Shown here: positions 16,966 through 27,399 of the stretch, piece by piece | Numbering within the stretch: position 1 is the stretch's first letter | Layout of the letters: every line of letters begins with the position of its first letter | NCBI GenBank assembly: GCA_963663475.2 | Contig: CAXXJV010000001.1 | Span: 352,001 to 416,000 of the forward strand | Direction of reading: 5' to 3' | Source: Candidatus Cloacimonadales bacterium | GTDB lineage: Bacteria; Cloacimonadota; Cloacimonadia; Cloacimonadales; JAFGVF01 | DNA length: 64,000 nt | Position numbers and translations under genes: made by a program | The notes under the pieces: model-generated | The model's input: only the letters and a program-made list of their open reading frames with translations | Database searches by the model: none | Told to the model about the DNA's origin: nothing

Positions 16966-18477
16966 TTAGAGTTTATAGGAAATACCAAAATGTAGTACAT
17001 TTTCTGAAAGTGAGCTTGTACTATTATCATATTCATTAGCAATCATAGATTCATCAACTTCAAGTTCAGTCTTAAGATTGAGTTCATATCCAAGATCAAG
17101 GGATAATCTTGGATTAACGTTTAAGCCTAATCCCATAGTGATATGATTTTCCACAACAGCAGGGAATATTGGAAGAACAGTCTCTTCAGGTACAGGATTA
17201 TTACCAAAATTATAACCTGCTCGAACATTAAACATAGGGTTAATAGCATATTCAGCACCTAAAGCAATTACGAATTGGTCATCCCATTCCATTGGCATTG
17301 CCAGCTCTAAATCTTCAGAACCCATCATTGTGTTAATATTTTGATTATTACCATTTTTGAACTTCATTTTAAATTCTTCCATGGAGTCTTTCCAGCCAAT
17401 CCATTTTACATCAGCAGCTAAAAGTAATTGTGGATTTGCCTTATAAGCTAAACCAAGACCAATCTCTTGTGGCCAAGACATTTCCACTTCTGCATCATAA
17501 TCAGCTATCATTCCTAAAGTCATATCAATACCCATAGCGGATAGTTGTTGACCTACCATTTGCTGAGCTGTAGCTACATCAGGAGCACCTTGTTGCATGG
17601 CACCACCAACCATCATTTCATAAGCTTGTCCAAACTGAGCTGTCATATCCATAGAAGCATCACCTTCAAAGGTTAAAGTTGCTTTTGAATTATAAGCAAA
17701 ACCTAAGCTTAAATCTTCATTTACCTTGTATGAGAGGCCTAGTCTAGCCCCAAAGCCCATTGCTGTAGCACCATCTCCCATATCTGCATAAGCAGTTACT
17801 TCTTCATAGCCTAGTCCACCTTGATCCATAGGAGAACCGAACATAGCGCCAAAAGTCATTCCTGTTTGAGAATTAGCCACACCTTTCATTTCTGATGGCA
17901 TTATTGAATATGGCATTTTCATCTCCAACATTGCATAGCCAAAACTAGGTGAAATTCCTATTGAGAAATTCTGATTAACCTGATATGCTAATGTTGGCAT
18001 GACCTTAAGATAAGCAATCATTGAATGATATTCTAAATCATCAATATAGGCATCGTTTTGAGTAGTTGGATCCATATCATACTGTCTAAAAACTGCATGC
18101 TTTACATCTTTATAAGTAGCTCCCATTCCTCCTTGTGAATAGAATCCTAAACCAAATGTTAGAGGATTTTCAGAGCCATGAACATAAGAGAAATTGGGAA
18201 GAGGAAAGATTTCACTTTCTCCTTCTAAATCATTCAAAGAGTTTTCGAATGTTACTTTAGGAATTAATAGACCAAGGGTTAAATCAAATTCTTTATTCTT
18301 GAAAAATGATATTGCTGCTGGATTTGTATTTACAGAATTAGCATCATCAATCAAACCAAGACTAGCTCCACCCATGGATGATGATCTTGGACCGTAACCT
18401 ATCATATTCATTCCGTTTGTAGCAAATAAGAAACTTGTGGCGACTAAAATAATAAGAATTATTAGATTTCTTTTCAT
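16966..18477 (-). CDS. FadL/OmpP1-family outer membrane transporter
   Basis: TNGMNMIGYG...MGGA...NPA hatch signature and a C-terminal aromatic beta strand. Confidence 0.85.
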   Translation of the reverse strand: MKRNLIILIILVATSFLFATNGMNMIGYGPRSSSMGGASLGLIDDANSVNTNPAAISFFKNKEFDLTLGLLIPKVTFENSLNDLEGESEIFPLPNFSYVHGSENPLTFGLGFYSQGGMGATYKDVKHAVFRQYDMDPTTQNDAYIDDLEYHSMIAYLKVMPTLAYQVNQNFSIGISPSFGYAMLEMKMPYSIMPSEMKGVANSQTGMTFGAMFGSPMDQGGLGYEEVTAYADMGDGATAMGFGARLGLSYKVNEDLSLGFAYNSKATLTFEGDASMDMTAQFGQAYEMMVGGAMQQGAPDVATAQQMVGQQLSAMGIDMTLGMIADYDAEVEMSWPQEIGLGLAYKANPQLLLAADVKWIGWKDSMEEFKMKFKNGNNQNINTMMGSEDLELAMPMEWDDQFVIALGAEYAINPMFNVRAGYNFGNNPVPEETVLPIFPAVVENHITMGLGLNVNPRLSLDLGYELNLKTELEVDESMIANEYDNSTSSLSENVLHFGISYKL

Positions 18478-18608
18478 ATGTTCCTCCCGAAACTTAGTGT
18501 TTTGAAATATTATAATTATTATAAACTGATTTAGCTAAATAACAAGTTATAAATGAGATAATAATATTATTGTCTGATTATCGTAAGTAATATTTAACTA
18601 GTTTTTTA

Positions 18609-18706
18609 CCCAGATAGTGTGGTAGAGCTTTAGTAATAATTCGCTAAAGCTAGGCCCTCAAAAGAATAATATTATGCTATTCTGAAAGATCTATTGCATT
18701 ATTGGG
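18609..18706 (+). mobile_element. Family A MITE, deleted copy with a family C insert
   Basis: CCCAGATAGTGTGGTAGAGCTTTAGT start, TTCGCTAAAGCTAG insert and degenerate right end. Confidence 0.7.
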
Positions 18707-18732
18707 AGAATATGCTGTTCATAAGATTATGC

Positions 18733-18767
18733 TTGACATTCTCCAGCAAGTACAATTAAATGTACTT
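18733..18767 (+). promoter_or_regulatory. abiE promoter region with inverted repeat (putative autorepression operator)
   Basis: TTGACA at 18733 and AAGTACA-ATTAAA-TGTACTT at 18748-18767, just before the GGAGG RBS. Confidence 0.55.
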
Positions 18768-18780
18768 ATTGGAGGAGATG

Positions 18781-19371
18781 ATGATTATTACTCACATAGA
18801 TTTGTTGGAGAGACTTAAAGCTTTTGCCTCTCCTAAAGCTAAAATTACTAAATTGATTGAGGCAGAAGACTTAATTCAACTCAAGAGAGGTCTGTATATT
18901 GATAGCAAGTCAGAAAATGAATCCTTGTTTGAAATTGCTAACACCCTCTACGGACCATCCTATATTTCATTTGAGAGTGCTTTATCCTACTATGGATTAA
19001 TACCGGAGAAAGTACAGATTGTTATGAATGCTTCCTTTAAGAAAAATAAGACAAAAACATACCAAACTAAGTTAGGAAGTTTTCATTATTATCATATTCC
19101 AGCTTCAGTCTTCCCTTGGGCAGTAGATAAAATAGTTGACCATAGCCATAGCTTCCTCATTGCTACTCCAGAAAAAGCATTGTTAGATACCCTATATAGA
19201 ATAAGCAAATATGATGGTGATTTAACTGAGCTTCTCATTAATGACTTGCGTATAGACCAAGACTTGCTAAAAACTTTAGACATAGAGGTACTTAAAGATT
19301 TAGCAGCTAAATATAATAGGAAAATTTGCCAGGACTTTACCCTATGGCTAGAAAAGGAGTACTTGTCATGA
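18781..19371 (+). CDS. Type IV toxin-antitoxin antitoxin, AbiEi family
   Basis: LKRGLY, PSYISFESALSYYGLIPE and ATPEKALLD motifs. Start moved to the ATG after GGAGG (ORF track start is 18760). Confidence 0.88.
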   Translation: MIITHIDLLERLKAFASPKAKITKLIEAEDLIQLKRGLYIDSKSENESLFEIANTLYGPSYISFESALSYYGLIPEKVQIVMNASFKKNKTKTYQTKLGSFHYYHIPASVFPWAVDKIVDHSHSFLIATPEKALLDTLYRISKYDGDLTELLINDLRIDQDLLKTLDIEVLKDLAAKYNRKICQDFTLWLEKEYLS

Positions 19372-20234
19372 TAAATCCAGTTATAAGAATGCTAGAAAAA
19401 TACGATATTAAAAGCCTAGAAGATAAGAAAAATGCTTTAAAAGAAATTCTTCAAGAAATTGCTTTACTAGGCCTTTTCCGAGGTAACTTTTTTACTAAAG
19501 CTGCCTTCTATGGTGGAACTGCTCTAAGAATTTTTTATGGATTAGATAGATTCTCTGAAGACTTAGATTTTTCTTTGATTGAGCCAGATAAGAAATTTGA
19601 TTTATATAAATATTTATCCTTTATTGAAAGTGAATTAGGTGCTTATGGTTTTGAAATGAAAGCCGAACAGAAAATCAAAACAAATCAGAGTGATGTAATG
19701 TCAGCATTTATCAAAGGAAACACACTTGTAAATTTGTTAAAAATCAAGCCTGAAAAAAATAATGGATTACAGATTAATCATAATGAACAATTAAAAATCA
19801 AGTTAGAAGTAGATATTAATCCACCTCAATATGGTGAATATGAGGTCAAATATCTACTTAATCCCATTCCTTTCTCAGTAAAGCTCTTTTCTGAATCTTC
19901 ACTTTTTGCTGGAAAAATTCATGCTTTACTTTGCAGACCTTGGAAAAACAGAATTAAGGGTAGGGATTTGTATGATTATACTTGGTATTTAGCTAAAAAC
20001 TCACCCCTAAATCTTATACATCTTGAAGCAAGGATGAAGGCATCAGGACATTTAGCCCAGGATTCAACCTTAACCAAGCAAGATTTATTAGAAATGTTAC
20101 TGAAAAAATTTTCTTTGATAGACTATAAACAAGCAAAACAAGATGTTCTACCATTTATCAAAGATAGTGAAAGCTTACAAGTTTGGTCGCAAGATTTCTT
20201 TGATAGCATTACAAACTTATACTTTAGAAACTAG
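19368..20234 (+). CDS. Type IV toxin-antitoxin toxin, AbiEii nucleotidyltransferase
   Basis: FYGGTALR...RFSEDLDF, KIHALL and KGRDLYD motifs. ATGA overlap with the antitoxin and an AAGGAG RBS. Confidence 0.9.
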   Translation: MINPVIRMLEKYDIKSLEDKKNALKEILQEIALLGLFRGNFFTKAAFYGGTALRIFYGLDRFSEDLDFSLIEPDKKFDLYKYLSFIESELGAYGFEMKAEQKIKTNQSDVMSAFIKGNTLVNLLKIKPEKNNGLQINHNEQLKIKLEVDINPPQYGEYEVKYLLNPIPFSVKLFSESSLFAGKIHALLCRPWKNRIKGRDLYDYTWYLAKNSPLNLIHLEARMKASGHLAQDSTLTKQDLLEMLLKKFSLIDYKQAKQDVLPFIKDSESLQVWSQDFFDSITNLYFRN

Positions 20235-20250
20235 GGTTGTAAAAATATGG

Positions 20251-20303
20251 TCTGAGGGCATCTTTCTGCCCTCAGATTGTGGAAGCAAGCATACTTCCAC
20301 TCC
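20251..20303. repeat. Two adjacent GC-rich hairpins (REP-like or terminator) between convergent genes
   Basis: TCTGAGGGCA...TGCCCTCAGA and GTGGAAG...CTTCCAC. Confidence 0.55.
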
Positions 20304-20324
20304 ATAATTAATATTTAGATCAAT

Positions 20325-21773
20325 CTATACTACCAGTAACAACTCTTTAATAAAAGTATAGATTTTAGATATATCTTCAATAAGAAGTTCTTCTCTTGGA
20401 GTATGCACATTTCTGATAGTAGGTCCCATAGAGATCATTTCCATATCTGGATATTTAGAGCCAATTAAGCCACATTCTAAGCCAGCATGAATCACTTCAA
20501 TAATAGGTTCTCTACCAGTAATTTTCTTATAAGTAGCCTTAGTTTTATCAAGGAGATTTGAATCCCAGATAGGTTCCCAAGCATTGTAAGGATCTCTATT
20601 TTCGACCCTAGCTCCTGTTAAGAAACCTAAGAAATGAATCTTATTTGTAAGAACTTGAAGCATTGACATAACGGAGCTTCTTTGGGAAGAGGTAATTACT
20701 ATTTGGTCTTCTTCTGTATTGATTAAAGCCAGGTTATTAGAAGTTTCAACTAAATCTTTGATTTGCTTAGACATTCTGAAGATACCATGTGGGAAAACAG
20801 CTAATACTTGCATGATTTTACTTGCAAATTCAGGAGTAAAGACTTTTCCTTTACCTTCACTTGCTATCAATTCAATAGTCATATTAGGATCAGAAGTAAT
20901 AAACTCCTTTCTCATTGTCTCTTGACATTGAGCTATAATATCTTTAGCATCTTCAATATCGTCAGGATTGATATAGATATCAATTTCAGCATTATGAGGA
21001 ACTGCATTATGAGCTATACCACCATGATAGTTACTGATTTCAATATCACAAGCTGAATCTAGTTCTATTATAACCCGATTAGCTATTTGAATAGCATTTG
21101 CTTGTTGTTCATTAATCATAACTCCTGAGTGGCCACCCATAAGCTTAGAAACTTTCACTTGCATCGCTGTGAAAGCATCACTTGGGTCTGTTAATTCTAA
21201 GGGGTAGTAGAGACGAGTCTCTTCCCCACCAGCACAACCAATAGTAAAAATGCCTTCATCTTCTGAATCAATGTTTAATAAATACTTACCTTTTAGCCAG
21301 TTTTCTTTGAGAGCAGCAGCACCAGTAAGACCTGTTTCTTCATCGACAGTAAAAAGAAGTTCTAAGGGACCATGTTTTGCTTCTTTATCAGTAGCTAAAT
21401 ACATAGCAATAGCCAAAGCAATACCATTATCTGCACCTAGGGTAGTTCCATTAGCCTTAAGCCAGCCATCTTCAATCTTCATTGTTATTGGATCTTTAAA
21501 AAAGTCATGCACAGTATCAGGATCTTTTACACATACCATATCCATGTGACCCTGCAAAGTTACTACAGCTTTATCTTCATAGCCAGGACTTGCAGGAACT
21601 CTTATTAATACATTACGAACATGATCCATTTCAGTTTGGAAGCCTTGTTCTTTCCCCCAATTAAGTAACCATTGAGAGATTTGCTCTTCATTCTTAGACT
21701 TTCTAGGAATCTTATTTATAGCTTCAAATATCTCTAAGACACCTTGTGTAATAGAATCTTCTGAATATTTCAT
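20325..21773 (-). CDS. pepD: Aminoacyl-histidine dipeptidase (M20C)
   Basis: QGHMDMV, TTLGADNG, VDEETGLTGA, NIDSED and IHAGLECG motifs. Confidence 0.92.
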   Translation of the reverse strand: MKYSEDSITQGVLEIFEAINKIPRKSKNEEQISQWLLNWGKEQGFQTEMDHVRNVLIRVPASPGYEDKAVVTLQGHMDMVCVKDPDTVHDFFKDPITMKIEDGWLKANGTTLGADNGIALAIAMYLATDKEAKHGPLELLFTVDEETGLTGAAALKENWLKGKYLLNIDSEDEGIFTIGCAGGEETRLYYPLELTDPSDAFTAMQVKVSKLMGGHSGVMINEQQANAIQIANRVIIELDSACDIEISNYHGGIAHNAVPHNAEIDIYINPDDIEDAKDIIAQCQETMRKEFITSDPNMTIELIASEGKGKVFTPEFASKIMQVLAVFPHGIFRMSKQIKDLVETSNNLALINTEEDQIVITSSQRSSVMSMLQVLTNKIHFLGFLTGARVENRDPYNAWEPIWDSNLLDKTKATYKKITGREPIIEVIHAGLECGLIGSKYPDMEMISMGPTIRNVHTPREELLIEDISKIYTFIKELLLVV

Positions 21774-21841
21774 TATTACCTCTTATTTATTTATTTTTAT
21801 ACGATTATACTTGAAGTGATTTTTTTGGCAAGAAGATTTAT

Positions 21842-22002
21842 CCCAGATAGTGTAGTAGAGCTTTAGTGAAGAGTGCAGATTATTCTAGCAAAATAGCTTA
21901 CAGAATTTTGACGCATATAATTTATATATTCGGAGAAATTATGGAAGTTACCTTTGCAGAAGAATATAGTGCTATTCACAAAGGTCTACTGCACTATTTG
22001 GG
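21842..22002 (+). mobile_element. Family A MITE, full length (161 bp)
   Basis: Near-identical to 5269-5429. TTAT on both flanks. Confidence 0.9.
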
Positions 22003-22006
22003 TTAT

Positions 22007-22906
22007 CTATAAAGTAATAATCACATCATCATCGTCATTATCATCTTGGGGAGGAAGCTTAGACCTTTTGAAAACTCTCCTAATCCAACCCCAAATAAAG
22101 ATAAGTGGGAAGATTAATCCAATAAAAGTCCCCATAGTATAGATAACATTAAGAATAATCTTCTGTTTAAAGTCTTTCTCAAAGTCATTGTAGAATTTTT
22201 CTAAAGACATGGCAAAAGACTGATTAAATGCTATGTTAAATCTAGGATTACTTGTAAAAATAGCAGAAAAGTCCAGCTTATCTTGCTTATACAAATACTC
22301 TACTGCCATGGCAGATTTTCCATAAAAACTAGATAGTTTTCTCTTTTCTTTGGGATAGTGCCTTTCCATCTCATTAATAGGAATTATCTCATTACTAAGG
22401 TAATCTAAGCCTAAGGAATAGACCATATTACTAGTAAATTGCTTAGAGAAATGAATGGCCATTCCTTCATGAAACCAGAGTGGGGCATCCTTAAAATGAT
22501 AATCTATGAAGGCATGGATATACTCATGATGTAGTATCTGATAGAAAGTCTCCTTATTAGCAATTTCTAAGAAACTCTTTATATAGATAACAGAATCTCT
22601 TCTAGAATAAAAAGCATTAGCATGTTCTGTTATTCCACCAAAAGTTGCAACTAAATCCTGAAAATCATTCTTATCATGACTGAGATATATCTTTTGTCTA
22701 AACTTAGGATAAACTCCTATGTCCATTTGGAATCTATCTATCAATTTAGGAAGATGATCCATTATTTCTTTTGCTAACCACTTATCATTCTGGTTGGCAA
22801 CTACTTCTATCAGGTCATTCTTAAAGGATAACTTCTGAGAGTTTAAAGGTAGAAAACTTAGAATTAAGGTAATTATTAGTAATAGACTTCTCAATCTATT
22901 AAGCAT
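22007..22906 (-). CDS. Peptidase MA-like zinc metalloprotein with C-terminal membrane anchor
   Basis: Signal peptide, HEYIH...PLWFHEG gluzincin pattern and a C-terminal TM helix. Confidence 0.7.
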   Translation of the reverse strand: MLNRLRSLLLIITLILSFLPLNSQKLSFKNDLIEVVANQNDKWLAKEIMDHLPKLIDRFQMDIGVYPKFRQKIYLSHDKNDFQDLVATFGGITEHANAFYSRRDSVIYIKSFLEIANKETFYQILHHEYIHAFIDYHFKDAPLWFHEGMAIHFSKQFTSNMVYSLGLDYLSNEIIPINEMERHYPKEKRKLSSFYGKSAMAVEYLYKQDKLDFSAIFTSNPRFNIAFNQSFAMSLEKFYNDFEKDFKQKIILNVIYTMGTFIGLIFPLIFIWGWIRRVFKRSKLPPQDDNDDDDVIITL

Positions 22907-23807
22907 TAACCTTTTTTCCTAAAGCAGCAAGATAGATAACAAATTCACTTTCTCCATCAAACCCTAAATAATCGTTAATGAATTCATCTATAAATGCACC
23001 AATACCACAAACTCCACAAGTTATTGATTCTCCAGCTAGGTATAAGTTTTGACAAACATGGCCTGCATCTAGGTGAAGATAACGCCATGATCGTGCTGTA
23101 TAACGCCAAACTGTTCTGTTGGGTATAGCAGACCAAATAAAGTTAACTGATGCTGTCTTGACCATATTTTGACGCTGACAGGCTATCCACAGCTTTTCAA
23201 GTGTCTCTGGATTAGAATCCAAAAGAACAAGATTATGTTTAAGAGCATTATAAAAATAGAGTCCTGGCTTAATACCCTCTACCCTATTAATATAGAGATA
23301 AGTTTCAAAAGGATGCCTTGCCCCAGCTGAAGGTACTGTTCTAAAAGTTACTGAATTTTTAGCACTTTCTTTTACTTCCTTCACTCCTTGAGTCAGCCAT
23401 AAGAGATATGAGAGTTCATCTTTTGTTATCGCTACTTGAGAAAATTCTCTTATCGACTTCCTATTTTCCAGGATAGCTCTAAAATCATTATGTTGTACCT
23501 GAATAGTTTGTGGGTTAGGTAATTTAATTACTTCCCCTTGCATCACTTTAGCAAGTTCAGGCTTAGGAATACCTTTCATCTGGTCTGATACATTTGTGTA
23601 TAAAGGAGATGTTAATTCCATAAACTTCTGACCGATAGTATCAACTTCTTGATTTTTTGCTTTTACTTCTTCAACCTCAGATTCATATTCTTTGACTATT
23701 CTAGCATAATCTTCATCATTTACTTCTATTTCATCTTGAATAACTTTATCTTCATAACCACGTGATTTCATTCTAAGATAAAAGAATCTTTCTCTTACTT
23801 TATCCAT
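22899..23807 (-). CDS. SagB/ThcOx-family nitroreductase-like protein
   Basis: RKSIREF, RTVPSAGARHPFE and LDAGHVCQNLYL motifs. Confidence 0.88.
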   Translation of the reverse strand: MDKVRERFFYLRMKSRGYEDKVIQDEIEVNDEDYARIVKEYESEVEEVKAKNQEVDTIGQKFMELTSPLYTNVSDQMKGIPKPELAKVMQGEVIKLPNPQTIQVQHNDFRAILENRKSIREFSQVAITKDELSYLLWLTQGVKEVKESAKNSVTFRTVPSAGARHPFETYLYINRVEGIKPGLYFYNALKHNLVLLDSNPETLEKLWIACQRQNMVKTASVNFIWSAIPNRTVWRYTARSWRYLHLDAGHVCQNLYLAGESITCGVCGIGAFIDEFINDYLGFDGESEFVIYLAALGKKVNA

Positions 23808-23837
23808 TTTTTACCTCACTAATTATTGTTTTAGGTT

Positions 23838-23866
23838 ATTATAATGACTTATTGCTATTGTGTCAA
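23838..23866 (-). promoter_or_regulatory. Consensus sigma70 promoter for the SagB-like gene
   Basis: Minus strand reads TTGACA-17 bp-TATAAT exactly. Confidence 0.75.
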
Positions 23867-23981
23867 ATGAATGTTTGATAAATAGCTAATAATGAAACTA
23901 TAATATTAATCTAAAGTAGGACTACTAACAAAAAGTTACTCCACTATTTGGGTTAATTTCGCATGCTTAGTTTTTTATGAC

Positions 23982-24254
23982 TCATGTATTCCTCTTTTGG
24001 TCATTCTTGAATAAAATAATTAATGTTATACCCATGACTAATGACCAAGAGGTTAACAACATCAGTAGGGGATAAATAAGCCTTATTTGTCCCCAAGCAA
24101 TCCATGTAACTATTATAGTTCCCCCAAAGGAAGCTCTAATCGCATCAAAACACCGTAAAATAATTTCTCGCCTTTGATTTGCAAACAAAACTCCTAAGGA
24201 TATAATAGGCATAAGAAAAATAACTAGCTCTGATAACAAATATTCATCACTCAT
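23982..24254 (-). CDS. Small hypothetical membrane protein
   Basis: AGGAGG RBS and about three hydrophobic segments. Confidence 0.6.
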   Translation of the reverse strand: MSDEYLLSELVIFLMPIISLGVLFANQRREIILRCFDAIRASFGGTIIVTWIAWGQIRLIYPLLMLLTSWSLVMGITLIILFKNDQKRNT

Positions 24255-24411
24255 AGTTCCTCCTATTTACAATCAAGCTAATTCTATAAGTAATGTCAAT
24301 AACTTTTTGTTTTTTATCATCTTCGATATAAAATAAAGTAATTAAATTCTTGACAAATCATTCTTAAAACTCATTTATGATTTAACCTAAATAATTTCAG
24401 GAGGAGTAAAA

Positions 24412-25821
24412 ATGCTACCCAAGAATATTAATTCAATTTTTGATCATGCTAGAGGTTTTAAAGTTTATCCAAGAATAATCCTAATTCTAGTTTTCTTACA
24501 ATGTTTATCACTATATGCAATAGAGGGTATAGCTCCTGAAAATTTTAATGAAACAAATGCAGGCACTAGTGAAAATCCATTTCTTATCTCTCAATTTGAA
24601 AACCTTGTATGGTTATCAGAAAATAATGAGTTTTGGGGCGACAGTCAAGAATCTTTTTATTTTGAACAAACACAAGATATTGATGCTTCTGAATCTCTAT
24701 CTATGAATAATGGTTCTGGATTTCATCCTATAGGTTACAAAGAGGCAATTTCTGATGAAGAGGTGATTCAAGTTCCATTTACAGGGAACTATAATGGGAA
24801 TAATTTCACAATTACCAATCTGCATTCAGATATATCCTCGACTGATCTGATACAAACTGGATTGTTCGGTTATTCCTATGATGCAATATTTGAAGGTATC
24901 AGTTTAAACAATAGTTCAGCTAGCACTGATTATACACTAACTTCCTTATTTGGTATTATTGAAAATACTAGTGTGACTCATTGTTCTGCAAATAGTAGAA
25001 CTGAAGATGGAACGTTTGGAGGATTAGCGTTTGCAGCTATCAACAGCAGTATTGAAAAATCTTTTTCTACTTCAACAATCTCAAATAGTGAGGGAAACAG
25101 TGGTGGATTAGTTGCTGTACTAAGTAATTCAAGCATAAAAAATTCATATTTTATAGGAAGTGCAGTCAACTGTAATATGTTTGGTGGAATTGCAGGAAAC
25201 GTACTTAATAATTCAGAAATAGAAAATTGTTACGCAAGATTTAGTATTGAAGGGAACTCTAATGGCGGTCTTGTAGCATTTCTGAGAATGGGTACAAGTA
25301 TCACTAATTGCTTTTGGGATAGCGAAACTTCTCAGATTAATAATGCTGTTTTTTACAACGTTGAAGGCGGAGATATTGTAAATTCAAGTGGGTTAACTTC
25401 AGAAGAAATGCAAACTGCTTCTCCATACCAAGATGCGGGTTGGGACTTTGAGACTATATGGAGTATTGACGAATCAACAAATTGGGGGTTACCCTTTCTT
25501 CAGGAATCAATAATTTCATCAAATGACCATTTTTCAGATATGATTGAAGTCATAAACATTAGCAACTACCCAAACCCTTTTAATCCAGAAACATTTATTT
25601 CATTTCAGATTAAAAAGGCTTCTAATGTTAGGCTTGATATCTTTAATCTTAAAGGTCAGTTGATTAAGTGTCTGAAAAATCAAAAATTACCAGCTGGTAA
25701 TCATACAGTAGTTTGGAAAGGTTATAATAAAGATAATCAAAAAATGCCTTCAGGCATTTATCTTTATAAAATTACTAGTGACTATGGAAATCAAATCAAA
25801 AAAATGATATTAATGAAGTAG
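24412..25821 (+). CDS. Secreted GLUG-motif protein with C-terminal sorting domain
   Basis: GTSENPFLIS, repeated GGLV/GGIAG motifs, AGWDFETIW, and a NYPNPFNP...KMILMK CTD. Confidence 0.8.
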   Translation: MLPKNINSIFDHARGFKVYPRIILILVFLQCLSLYAIEGIAPENFNETNAGTSENPFLISQFENLVWLSENNEFWGDSQESFYFEQTQDIDASESLSMNNGSGFHPIGYKEAISDEEVIQVPFTGNYNGNNFTITNLHSDISSTDLIQTGLFGYSYDAIFEGISLNNSSASTDYTLTSLFGIIENTSVTHCSANSRTEDGTFGGLAFAAINSSIEKSFSTSTISNSEGNSGGLVAVLSNSSIKNSYFIGSAVNCNMFGGIAGNVLNNSEIENCYARFSIEGNSNGGLVAFLRMGTSITNCFWDSETSQINNAVFYNVEGGDIVNSSGLTSEEMQTASPYQDAGWDFETIWSIDESTNWGLPFLQESIISSNDHFSDMIEVINISNYPNPFNPETFISFQIKKASNVRLDIFNLKGQLIKCLKNQKLPAGNHTVVWKGYNKDNQKMPSGIYLYKITSDYGNQIKKMILMK

Positions 25822-25906
25822 AAATTAATTAAATAATAAGATACACTAACGAGATCAATTTAGCTCCATTAATTTGGGGCTTTTTATTTTAAGTTCATTA
25901 ACAAGC

Positions 25907-26662
25907 TCAAATACCTATAACAAATAAAGCAATCACCACCATAATTATTAAACCAATTATTTCTTTAATAGATAGTTTGCACTTATATTGAGTCCTCTCA
26001 TCATTATAGCCTTTTGCTTGGTAATTCAAGGCTATAGCATCAGCATTTTGTAGCACTCGAAAAATTAATGAGCTAGCAAGAAAGGATATTTTCCTAAAAG
26101 GATTCTTAGAATTATCAATACATCTAGCTTTTTGAGCTTGTTTGATCTGACCATATAAATCAAAAATGATAGGTATTTGAGCAAGAACTAAAGAAATCAT
26201 CGTTGCTAATCTAGTAGAATTTACAAGAGGTATTCTTCTAAAGATAACTTCCAAAGCAATATTTATTTCTTTTATCCTAGTTGTTGCTATAAAAATAATG
26301 CTTAGCAAGGTAAAAAGAATAAGTTTAAGAATAAATGTTAAGGAGGTAAGTAAAGCAGAAATATCAAGATGATTAAGATAATAAGCTTGATTTCTAGTGA
26401 TACTAAAAGATGAAAAGAAGATGATTAAAGGTATTATTATAATAAAATAAGGTAGTTCTTTTAGTAAAAGAATAATTTTAATTCTGGCAATTATGATAAG
26501 AGAAAAAACAAGAGCATAAAAAAAGATAAAAGAGATGTAGTTTTTGCTAAGATCTTGCAGGGAAATAGTCATACTACCCAAAAGTATCATAGCAAGAAGC
26601 TTTGTTAAAGGGCTTAATCTATGTAAGAGACTAGTATTATTGATATAGTTAAAAAGTATCAT
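25907..26662 (-). CDS. ECF transporter T component
   Basis: SLLHRLSPLTK and AQKAR/QAKG motifs, multiple TMs, in an operon with bioY. Confidence 0.85.
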   Translation of the reverse strand: MILFNYINNTSLLHRLSPLTKLLAMILLGSMTISLQDLSKNYISFIFFYALVFSLIIIARIKIILLLKELPYFIIIIPLIIFFSSFSITRNQAYYLNHLDISALLTSLTFILKLILFTLLSIIFIATTRIKEINIALEVIFRRIPLVNSTRLATMISLVLAQIPIIFDLYGQIKQAQKARCIDNSKNPFRKISFLASSLIFRVLQNADAIALNYQAKGYNDERTQYKCKLSIKEIIGLIIMVVIALFVIGI

Positions 26663-27399
26663 CTAAGCCAGGTCATTTCGCTTTTTAAACATTTGGGAAT
26701 CTTGATAGGGTAGTTTGCTAATTGACTAGGTAATTGCTCATGCTTGATTTCTTGATCAAAGAGAATTTCCCCCTTCCCCATAATTATTAAACGGCTTGCA
26801 TGGGCAAATACTTTTTCTAAATCATGACTAATCACTAAAATACTTTTTCCCCCTCTATGTAGTTTAAGCATTTGATTTAATACTTGCTTAACTCCTGAAT
26901 AATCAAGACAGTTAAAAGGTTCATCAAAGATAATTAGATCTGGATTCATACATAAAACCCCAGCTATAGCTAGTCTCTTCTTTTCTCCACCAGATAAACG
27001 AGAAGGAATCCTTTTCTCATATCCTTCTAAACCAACAGACTTAAGACTTTGCTTAACCAGGCAATCAATTTCTGTTCTCTTATATTTTAAATTCTCCAGT
27101 CCAAAGGCTACATCATCATATACTGTCTGCCCAACTATTTGAGTATCTGAATCTTGAAAAATCAATCCAACTTTCTTTCTCACTTCAAGTTCTTGTTTAC
27201 CAATAGGTATATTATTGTAGAGTATCTGCCCATGACTAGCTTTACGGATTCCATTTAGAAGAAGGCTTAAAAGACTCTTTCCAGAACCATTCTCTCCTGT
27301 AAGAACAATAAATTCCCCTAGTTTTATTTCTAAAGAAATTGATTTTAAGGCTTTATTGCCATTGGGAAAAGTATAGGATACCTCTCTTACTGAAATCAT
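26659..27399 (-). CDS. ECF transporter ATPase (A component)
   Basis: GENGSGKS, LSGGEKKR and FDEP motifs. Confidence 0.9.
   Translation of the reverse strand: MISVREVSYTFPNGNKALKSISLEIKLGEFIVLTGENGSGKSLLSLLLNGIRKASHGQILYNNIPIGKQELEVRKKVGLIFQDSDTQIVGQTVYDDVAFGLENLKYKRTEIDCLVKQSLKSVGLEGYEKRIPSRLSGGEKKRLAIAGVLCMNPDLIIFDEPFNCLDYSGVKQVLNQMLKLHRGGKSILVISHDLEKVFAHASRLIIMGKGEILFDQEIKHEQLPSQLANYPIKIPKCLKSEMTWLR

Noticed and set aside
10424-23807. TldD/E plus the SagB-like gene as a RiPP (microcin/azole) cluster
   Set aside because: The genes are 10 kb apart with unrelated genes between them, and there is no YcaO or precursor peptide.
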